A stretch of DNA of 20,759 nt from an uncultured bacterium (GTDB lineage Bacteria; Abyssobacteria; SURF-5): contig CAZEBC010000014.1 of NCBI GenBank assembly GCA_964510165.1, forward strand, positions 21,425 through 42,183, in the 5' to 3' direction. A program made the translations under genes and the position numbers. Positions 9,525-16,671 of this stretch are shown piece after piece; positions within the stretch are counted from its first letter, which is position 1, and every line of letters starts with the position of its first letter. The notes beneath the pieces are model-generated. The model was not told the DNA's origin. It saw only the letters and a list, made by a program, of their open reading frames with translations, and ran no database searches.

Positions 9525-10016
9525 CTACATGCTTTCGTACTGCTTTATTTTGTCCCTGAGCCTGGCCGCCTGCTCGTAGTCCTCCGAGCGGATGGCCTTT
9601 TGCAGGTCTTCCTGAAGCCGCCTGAGCTCGACTTTCAAGTCAAGACTTCTGGCGACATGGCGGGGATGTTTGCCCCGATGCTCGGCTGCGCCGTGTGCCT
9701 TTGCGAGTATGGGCTGGAGCACCTCGGCCAGCGCAGTATAACACGTGCTGCAACCAAGCCGTCCCTTGGCTCGAAACTGTTCCTCGGTCATCCCGCATTC
9801 GGGACACTTCCGCGTTTTCTGGACGGCCTTCGGTTTCTTCTTGACACGCTCCAGCGACTCGGTCACTTCGACGGCCGCGTCGCTCGTGATTGCACCGGCA
9901 GCAAACTCGCGCTCCTTATAGCATTCCTGACAAAGGTGGATTTCCGTCACCGCGTTATTGATTATCTCTTTCAGGCGTACCGTGGCCACCCTGTCCTTGC
10001 AGATATGACAAATCAC
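9525..10016 (-). CDS. mcsA: McsA (zinc-binding activator of McsB, UVR domain)
   Basis: Four CxxC motifs (CHIC, CQEC, CPEC, CSTC), HRGKHP, and C-terminal UVR domain EDYEQAARLRD. Confidence 0.93.
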   Translation of the reverse strand: MICHICKDRVATVRLKEIINNAVTEIHLCQECYKEREFAAGAITSDAAVEVTESLERVKKKPKAVQKTRKCPECGMTEEQFRAKGRLGCSTCYTALAEVLQPILAKAHGAAEHRGKHPRHVARSLDLKVELRRLQEDLQKAIRSEDYEQAARLRDKIKQYESM

Positions 10017-10019
10017 TTT

Positions 10020-10694
10020 TCACTCCTCGATGCGACCGTCCACCATCTTGATCGAACGCCCGGCGCCTTGCGCGAGCGCTTGTTCGTGCGTCACGATCAC
10101 GAACGTGGTCCCGTATTCACTGTTCAACTGCTTGATGAGCTTATAGATCTCACCGCTGGTTTTCTCATCCAGGTTACCTGTCGGCTCGTCTGCGAAAACA
10201 ACCTCCGGATTGTTCACCAAAGCCCGCGCGATCGCTACCCGTTGCTGCTCGCCCCCCGAAAGGGCGTCGGGCTTGTGAGTCTCGCGACCGCCCAGGCCCA
10301 CCGATTCCAGCAACCGCCGGCTCCTTTCTCGCGCGTCTTTCAACTGGCGTCCGTTCAGCATTGCCGGCAAAAGCACGTTCTCAAGAGCCGTAAACTCCGG
10401 CAATAAATGATAAAACTGAAATATGAAGCCAATTCGTTCGTTACGCAATCTCGCGATCTGTCGGTCGCCCAGGCGGCCTATATCGAGGTCGCCGTACGTG
10501 ACCTTTCCGCCTGTAGGCCGGTCAAGCGTGCCCAAGATATGAAGCAACGTGCTCTTTCCCACGCCGGAGGGGCCGTGAATCGCCACCATCTCCCCGGCCT
10601 CAATCGCAAGGTCAATCCCTTTAAGCACCTCCAGTTGAGTTGCGCCCGATCTGAACACCTTGGTCAGACCCTCGGCCCGTATCAGATCATTCAT
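10020..10694 (-). CDS. lolD: Lipoprotein-releasing ABC transporter ATP-binding protein LolD
   Basis: [51 protein letters not shown]. Overlaps the upstream lolC/E gene by 8 bp. Confidence 0.93.
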   Translation of the reverse strand: MNDLIRAEGLTKVFRSGATQLEVLKGIDLAIEAGEMVAIHGPSGVGKSTLLHILGTLDRPTGGKVTYGDLDIGRLGDRQIARLRNERIGFIFQFYHLLPEFTALENVLLPAMLNGRQLKDARERSRRLLESVGLGGRETHKPDALSGGEQQRVAIARALVNNPEVVFADEPTGNLDEKTSGEIYKLIKQLNSEYGTTFVIVTHEQALAQGAGRSIKMVDGRIEE

Positions 10695-11907
10695 AGCGCA
10701 ACGCTTCGACCGGGTTCAACCTTGCCGCCTGCCACGCCGGATACAAGGAAGCGATGAGACTCAGGATTATTGCGCTTCCCACGATCCAGCAAGTATCAAA
10801 AATGCTCGTATCAACCGGTATCTTATCGAAATAATATATGGTTCTCGGAAAGAGCTCTATCCCGAAAACTCTTCCTATAAAGTTTACCACCGAATCGAGA
10901 GAATTAGCAAGTGCATACCCGAAGCTGACTCCGAGCACGGCGCCCACAACGCCGACCATGAGACCGTCTATCACGAATATGGTCATGACATGTCTGACCG
11001 TCGCGCCGATTGCCTTCAAAATCCCGATATCTCTGGTCTTTTCCATTACCACCATGATAAGCGTGCTTGCGATATTGAATGCGGCCACCACGATTATGAG
11101 GACCAGGATGACCGCCATGATTATCTTCTCGTGTCGCAACGCGGCCAGAAACGTGCGGTTGAGGTCCATCCAACTCCTCGCCCAATAACGGTCTCCCAGC
11201 CGCTGCGAAATCTTTCTCGCGACGACCTCGGCCTTGAACGGGTCGTCTATTCTGACCTCGATGCCCGTTATTGTCTTGTCAACCCCGAAAAGGCGCATCG
11301 CCTGCGAAAGGGTGACGAAGCAAAACGAGGCGTCATATTCATACATTCCCGAGGTGTAAAGCCCCGTTACCTCAAGCGTTTTCTTGTAGGGAACCTCCCC
11401 CACCGGTGTCGAAACGAAATAAGGGGAAATTACTCGCACGTGGTCGCCCGGCATTACATGCAGTTGTCTTGCAAGTTCTGTGCCCAAGACGATGCCCTCC
11501 TCCGTCAACTCGCCGGCGAGATACTCGGCGAAGGAGGACACCTTTTGCTCTTCCTCCGGGATGACTCCCCTGATGGCGGCTCCGAGTACCCCCTCCTCCG
11601 AGCGAAGCAGCACCTGGCCGGCGAAGAATGGGGCGACTTCGAGCACCTCGGGTACCGTCTTTACCTCCTTGATGACTAGCTCGTAGTCCGTGAGGCCGCC
11701 GTTCCGGCTCACGACGATGTGTGAGGTCGTCCCGAGAACCGTCTTGAGGAGTCTCCTGTCAAAGCCGTTCATCACCCCCAGCACGACGATGAGGGTCATC
11801 ACTCCTATCATCACGCCAAAGATGGAGAAGAACGTGATAAGCGAGATGAATACGTTTCTGCGTTTCCCTCGCAAGTATCTTAAACCCACAAAGAGTTCAA
11901 ACCGCAT
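10687..11907 (-). CDS. lolC: Lipoprotein-releasing ABC transporter permease LolC/E (single, LolF-type arrangement)
   Basis: [67 protein letters not shown]. Confidence 0.92.
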   Translation of the reverse strand: MRFELFVGLRYLRGKRRNVFISLITFFSIFGVMIGVMTLIVVLGVMNGFDRRLLKTVLGTTSHIVVSRNGGLTDYELVIKEVKTVPEVLEVAPFFAGQVLLRSEEGVLGAAIRGVIPEEEQKVSSFAEYLAGELTEEGIVLGTELARQLHVMPGDHVRVISPYFVSTPVGEVPYKKTLEVTGLYTSGMYEYDASFCFVTLSQAMRLFGVDKTITGIEVRIDDPFKAEVVARKISQRLGDRYWARSWMDLNRTFLAALRHEKIIMAVILVLIIVVAAFNIASTLIMVVMEKTRDIGILKAIGATVRHVMTIFVIDGLMVGVVGAVLGVSFGYALANSLDSVVNFIGRVFGIELFPRTIYYFDKIPVDTSIFDTCWIVGSAIILSLIASLYPAWQAARLNPVEALRYE

Positions 11908-11910
11908 AGC

Positions 11911-13395
11911 TCATTCCTCGGTGTCGCGCATTGTCCGCAGTTGTGGGAACAGGATCACTTCTTTGATAGTGGAACTGTCGGTCAGCAACATCACCAGTCT
12001 GTCTATTCCTATGCCAAGCCCGCCCGCAGGCGGCATCCCAAATTCGAGGGCCGTGATGAAATCCTCGTCGAGCGTCTGGGCCTCTTCGTCGCCGCCCGCG
12101 CGAAGCTTCATCTGTTGTTCGAACCGGGCGCGCTGCTCGAGGGGGTCGTTCAACTCGGAGAACGCATTGCCAAGCTCCAGGCCGCCGATGAACGGCTGAA
12201 AGCGTTCGGTGAGCCTCGGGTTTCCCCGCTTCCCCTTCGCAAGAGGAGAAAGCTCGACCGGATGATCGATTATGAACGCAGGCTGAATCAGCCTCGGAAC
12301 AACGTAGCTTTTGAATACCTCATCGCAAATCTTGCCGTAGCCGGCGCTGTCCTCGAGGACGACTCTCAGGTCGGCAATCACTCTGCGCGCCGACTCAGCG
12401 TCATTCGCCGCTTCGAGGTCCACGCCCGCGAACTCGCGGATAGCCGCGAAGAATGACATCCTCGGCCACGGCGGTTTCACCTCGATCTCATTTCCCTGGT
12501 ACACGATAGTGCGTTGGCCGGCTACGCGCGAAATGATGTCGCTCAACATCTCCTCGACGAGTTCCATGATGTACTCGTAATCCACGTAGGCGTGATACAA
12601 CTCCATCATGGTGAACTCGGGATTGTGCCTTGGCGACAGCCCCTCATTCCGGAAATTTCTGTTAATCTCGTACACCTTCTCGAAACCGCCGACAAGGAGC
12701 CTCTTGAGGTAGAGTTCCGGCGCAACCCGCAAATACAGGTCCCGGTCGAGCGCGTTATGGTGCGTGACGAACGGACGCGCGGTCGCCCCGCCCGGAATCG
12801 GGTGAAGCATCGGCGTTTCAACCTCGATATAGCCGCGCGAGTCCAGAAATTCGCGCATCCTCTTGATTATCTCGCTTCGCTTGCGAAAGACGTCTTTGGT
12901 CTCCTCGTTTGCGAGCAGGTCCAGGTAGCGCTGTCGCAGCCGGGTCTCGACATCTTTGAGTCCGTGCCATTTCTCCGGAAGCGGCCTGAGCGACTTGGTC
13001 AGAAGCGTAAACTCCTGCACCTTGACCGTCACCTGGTTCGTTCTGGTGGTGAATATAGCGCCCTCGACTCCGAGGAAGTCACCTATGTTCACGAGCTTGG
13101 CGAGAAACTCGTATCGCTGTTCACCGAGGTCATTGAGTCCGAAGAAAAGCTGTATTTTGCCGCTATCATCACAGAGGTCGGCAAATGTGCTCTTGCCGTG
13201 ATAACGCAGGGCGGTCAGTCTGCCAGCGAGTCGTACATTGGTGTCGCCTTCGGCGCCTTGCTTTGCATATTCGGCATAGGCGTCGCTTACTGTGTGGGTC
13301 CGGGGGTAGGAGTACTTAAAGGGTTCCTCGCCCGCTTCGCGTATGCGAATGAGCTTTTCGAGGCGCTGTGCGTAAAGTTCACGGGGTTCTTCCAT
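11911..13395 (-). CDS. lysS: Lysine--tRNA ligase (class II)
   Basis: OB-fold N-terminus, RQRYLDL, GGATARPF, FRNEG, HNPEFTM, GGLGIGIDRLVM. Confidence 0.98.
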   Translation of the reverse strand: MEEPRELYAQRLEKLIRIREAGEEPFKYSYPRTHTVSDAYAEYAKQGAEGDTNVRLAGRLTALRYHGKSTFADLCDDSGKIQLFFGLNDLGEQRYEFLAKLVNIGDFLGVEGAIFTTRTNQVTVKVQEFTLLTKSLRPLPEKWHGLKDVETRLRQRYLDLLANEETKDVFRKRSEIIKRMREFLDSRGYIEVETPMLHPIPGGATARPFVTHHNALDRDLYLRVAPELYLKRLLVGGFEKVYEINRNFRNEGLSPRHNPEFTMMELYHAYVDYEYIMELVEEMLSDIISRVAGQRTIVYQGNEIEVKPPWPRMSFFAAIREFAGVDLEAANDAESARRVIADLRVVLEDSAGYGKICDEVFKSYVVPRLIQPAFIIDHPVELSPLAKGKRGNPRLTERFQPFIGGLELGNAFSELNDPLEQRARFEQQMKLRAGGDEEAQTLDEDFITALEFGMPPAGGLGIGIDRLVMLLTDSSTIKEVILFPQLRTMRDTEE

Positions 13396-13416
13396 TTAGC
13401 ATATGCCTTTGATTTT

Positions 13417-13445
13417 ATTATAGTTAAGACGATTCGGGGTGTCAA
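13417..13445 (-). promoter_or_regulatory. Consensus sigma70 promoter upstream of lysS
   Basis: Minus strand reads TTGACA-17 nt-TATAAT (perfect consensus) in the AT-rich prfB/lysS gap. Confidence 0.85.
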
Positions 13446-13462
13446 GAGAAAAGCGGGCCGAT

Positions 13463-14564
13463 TTACTTCGCGAACTGCTTCTGGAGATAGCCGGTGATGA
13501 AGGGCTCGAGGTCTCCATTGAGGACCGCTTCCACGTTGCCGATTTCGATGCCGGTTCTATGGTCTTTCACCATCTGATACGGTTGCAGGACATATGACCG
13601 AATCTGGCTACCCCAGGCGATTTCTTCCTGCTTCCCCCTTTGGGCCGCGAGTTCGGCGTCGCGCTGCTTCTTGAAGTGGTCGTACAGCTTTGCGCGCAAA
13701 AGTTTCATTGCCATTGCGCGGTTCTTATGTTGTGACCTCTCATTCTGGCACTGTACGACGATGCCAGTCGGCAGGTGGGTCATTCTGACTGCCGAACTGG
13801 TCTTGTTGACGTGCTGCCCGCCCGCGCCGCTCGCCCTGAAGGTATCAATGCGAAGGTCGGCCTCGTTGATCTCGACCTCGATGTCATCCTCGACTTCGGC
13901 TATCACTTCCACCGAGGCGAACGAGGTATGTCGCCGCCTGGCCGCGTCAAAGGGCGATATCCTGACCAGCCGATGAACGCCGTCCTCGCTCTTAAGGTAG
14001 CCATAGGCGTATGTCCCGGCAACAGTAAAGGTGACGCTCTTATAGCCAGCCTCGTCGCCCTCCAGCGAGTCTACGATTTCAGTCTGGTATCCGCGCCGCT
14101 CCGCCCAGCGCAAGTACATCCTGAGCAGTATTGATACCCAGTCACAGGCCTCGGTTCCGCCGGCGCCCGCGTGAATCGTCACGATTGCGTCGTTCGGGTC
14201 GGTCTCGCCCGCAAGCATGCTGCGGCGAACCCATTCGGCGACTTCCCTTTCGAGTTCGTCCAGACTTGCCCTGATTTCGGACTCGAGCGAAGGGTCATCC
14301 TCCTGTACGGCAAGCTCAATGAGTTCGGCAAGATCGGCCCGCCGGCCTTCCAGGAATTCGACCTCCCTCAAGGACTCCTTGAGGGAACTCAGCTTCTTCA
14401 ATGTCTTCTGCGCCGACTCAGGATCGTTCCAGAAGGTCGGGTCGCTCACGCGTTTTTCAAGTTCGTCTATGTCCCGCTTGACCGATACCGGGTCAAAGAC
14501 AATCACTCACTTCGGAGATGTTGCGGCGGACCGATTCGATCCGCTCTTTGCACTCAACACACAT
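13463..14564 (-). CDS. prfB: Peptide chain release factor 2, expressed via +1 programmed frameshift (about 366 aa)
   Basis: ATG at 14564 (GGAG upstream) encodes MCVECKERIESVRRNISEVSDCL, then CTT-TGA-C at 14498-14492. The +1 frame continues DPVSVKRDIDELEK and carries the RF2 SPF and GGQ motifs. Confidence 0.95.
14492..14498 (-). other. RF2 +1 ribosomal frameshift site CTT TGA C
   Basis: Canonical slippery Leu codon plus in-frame UGA-C at codons 23-24 of prfB. Confidence 0.92.
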
Positions 14565-14593
14565 TTTCTTTCAACTCCAATCTAATGCTGCGC

Positions 14594-15463
14594 TTACGTA
14601 TAGGAAAAGTTCACCAGAAAATAGAACAGCGGCGCGGTAAAAATCAGGCTGTCGAACCTGTCCAGAAAGCCGCCGTGGCCCGGCAACAGATTCCCGCTGT
14701 CTTTCAGGCCGGCGTCGCGCTTCAGGTAGGATTCGCACAGATCCCCAACCTGGCCTGCAACGCCGATCCCCAAGCCGATCAGCACATAAGTCGAGTAGGC
14801 AAGGCTGGGGAAGAGCGCCACGTTGAACGATTCAAGTAATATGGCCAACTCCTTCACCAGCATGGCGCCCACAAGCGTGAGGAAGATGCCTCCAATCGCG
14901 CCCTCGACGGTCTTGTTCGGACTGACGGCCGGGATGAGCTTGTGCCGTCCCCAGCCAGTCCCCGCGAAGAAGGCGCCGCCGTCGTTCAACCACAGGAGCA
15001 CCAATAACATTATAACATATCCGGCGCCGCCGAAGTTGATCGCCGCGGCCTCGTTCGCCAACGGCAGTCCTCGCAAGGCGATGATGAAACTGCAAAACCA
15101 GCCAACGTAGAAAATGCCGAGCACTGTCACCGCCACGTTGGCCATGGCGTCGCGCGAATTGTGGGCCATTGCAAGGGTGAAGACCGCTATCACCGAAGCC
15201 GCAAGCGCATATAGCACGTTGATTGGCTGGCCCGCCCAGGCCAGGAGGCAAATCACAATCGAAAAGACTGTCCCCGTCGCGCTGTGAGGCGAGAATCCGC
15301 GATGGCGCGCCATCCCGTAAAATTCGACGACGCCGACGGCTATCAGCACGACCGCCATGAGGTTAAACAGGACGGGAGAGAAGATGCACACGGCGACGCC
15401 GACCGGAATGCCGATTGCGGCGGAGATGTAGCGCTTTTTCCTGCTCCCGCTCTCCCCGCTCAA
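14594..15463 (-). CDS. cdsA: Phosphatidate cytidylyltransferase
   Basis: Polytopic membrane protein with SPNKTVEG, GDLCESYLKRDAGLKDSG and PGHGGFLDRFDS. The TTG start overlaps the uppS stop. Confidence 0.95.
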   Translation of the reverse strand: MSGESGSRKKRYISAAIGIPVGVAVCIFSPVLFNLMAVVLIAVGVVEFYGMARHRGFSPHSATGTVFSIVICLLAWAGQPINVLYALAASVIAVFTLAMAHNSRDAMANVAVTVLGIFYVGWFCSFIIALRGLPLANEAAAINFGGAGYVIMLLVLLWLNDGGAFFAGTGWGRHKLIPAVSPNKTVEGAIGGIFLTLVGAMLVKELAILLESFNVALFPSLAYSTYVLIGLGIGVAGQVGDLCESYLKRDAGLKDSGNLLPGHGGFLDRFDSLIFTAPLFYFLVNFSYT

Positions 15464-16248
15464 CCGGTTACCCCTCCGAAGCGGCGGTCTCTTTTCTGGT
15501 AGTCAATGATGGCCTGGCAGAGTTCTTCCTTGGTGAAATCAGGCCACAGAGTGGTAGTAAAATAAATCTCCGAATATGAGAGCTGCCAAAGCATGAAATT
15601 GCTGAGCCTGCGTTCACCGCTCGTCCGAATCAGGAGGTCGGGCTCGGGGCACTCGGGGAAATACAGGTGCGCGGCGACCACCTTCTCGTCAATCGCTTCG
15701 GGGTCAAGTTCTCCGTTCTTGCAGCGGAATGCGATCCTGCGGACGGCGTCCACGATTTCGACCCTGCCGCCATAGCTGAGCGCGAGCACCACGGTCATCT
15801 TGTCGCAATGAGCGGTCTTCTCCATCGTGTCGCGTATTTCTTCCCGCAGCTTTTCGGGCAGCATCTCGAGCCGGCCGATCACCTTCATCCCGATGCGGTA
15901 ATGGAGCATCTCGTCAAGTTCATCTTTCATGAACTTGCTGAGCAGCCCCATCAGCGCCGACACCTCTCTTTTGGGGCGCTTCCAGTTTTCGCTTGAGAAC
16001 GTGTAAAGCGTCAGATACCGTATCCCGAGTTCGCGGGCGCCCTCCACCACTTCGCGCACGGCGCCGACTCCGGCGCGATGTCCGGCAACGCGAGGACGCC
16101 TCCTCTGCTTGGCCCATCGGCCATTGCCGTCCATGATGACGGCGATGTGTCTGGGAACGCGCGTCGGGTCCACCAGCGCCTTGAGCGCGGGCGGAATCGG
16201 CTTTTCCGGCCCCTCAAACCGTTTCATCTTTTCTATATGCTGGGCCAT
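15460..16248 (-). CDS. uppS: Undecaprenyl diphosphate synthase (isoprenyl transferase); start at 16248 or 16227
   Basis: HIAVIMDGNGRWA, GHRAG, FSSENWKRP, RTSGERRLSNFMLWQ, RRFGG. The ORF-track start at 16317 lies inside a repeat and is unlikely. Confidence 0.95.
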   Translation of the reverse strand: MAQHIEKMKRFEGPEKPIPPALKALVDPTRVPRHIAVIMDGNGRWAKQRRRPRVAGHRAGVGAVREVVEGARELGIRYLTLYTFSSENWKRPKREVSALMGLLSKFMKDELDEMLHYRIGMKVIGRLEMLPEKLREEIRDTMEKTAHCDKMTVVLALSYGGRVEIVDAVRRIAFRCKNGELDPEAIDEKVVAAHLYFPECPEPDLLIRTSGERRLSNFMLWQLSYSEIYFTTTLWPDFTKEELCQAIIDYQKRDRRFGGVTG

Positions 16249-16310
16249 AGTTAATCCATGAATTGCTATTGATGTATCCGAGGACACTATACGAATACTA
16301 TACTCAATCC

Positions 16311-16353
16311 CCCTCACCCCAACCCTCTTCCACTGGGAGAGGGCAGGATGAGG
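16311..16353. repeat. Pyrimidine/purine-skewed palindromic repeat (BoxC/REP-like), copy 1
   Basis: CCCTCACCCCAACCCTCTTCCACTGGGAGAGGGCAGGATGAGG is an imperfect hairpin. Its first 34 bp match the reverse complement of 19275-19308 at 30/34 positions. Confidence 0.75.
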
Positions 16354-16469
16354 AAGCTTCGGTTGCGGCTACGCTGCGCCGTGCAATCAGTGAAATCCGT
16401 GGTTGCTTTCCAGGGCTTTGTGTGCGGTTCTGCCGTGCTGTGTTCTAGAAGGGCAAAACTCTTGACCCC

Positions 16470-16498
16470 ATTATACATTCGCCAATTTTCAAAGTCAA
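16470..16498 (-). promoter_or_regulatory. Sigma70 promoter heading the uppS operon
   Basis: Minus strand reads TTGACT-17 nt-TATAAT. Confidence 0.75.
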
Positions 16499-16547
16499 CG
16501 AAGGAAATGGGCCGCGCTGGGCCGCGAACGAGCATCCTGGCGAAAAC

Positions 16548-16558
16548 TGTGATATAAT
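16548..16558 (+). promoter_or_regulatory. Extended -10 promoter for adhE
   Basis: TGTGATATAAT (TRTGnTATAAT) about 115 nt upstream of the adhE ATG. No recognisable -35. Confidence 0.55.
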
Positions 16559-16671
16559 TTGGCACGCATGGCTCGTGTGGATCGGGGGGTTGTCCCGCCG
16601 AAGAGACATCCGGTTTCTTTCATGTGCAATGGAAGCCGGACACGCCTTGCTCACCTAGGGGGGATGAGGAC

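Noticed and set aside
13463-14506. prfB as a truncated gene or pseudogene starting at GTG 14506
   Set aside because: Explained by the canonical CTT-TGA-C programmed frameshift with an upstream ATG at 14564.
16547-16564. Possible Rex operator upstream of adhE (CTGTGATATAATTTGGCA)
   Set aside because: Only the left half resembles TTGTGAA-N4-TTCACAA. The sequence is better explained as an extended -10 element.
16263-16654. Small ORFs (61-83 aa) in the uppS-adhE intergenic region
   Set aside because: They run through promoters and repeat elements; peptides such as PSPSGRGLG and TTDFTDCT are translations of the DNA repeats.
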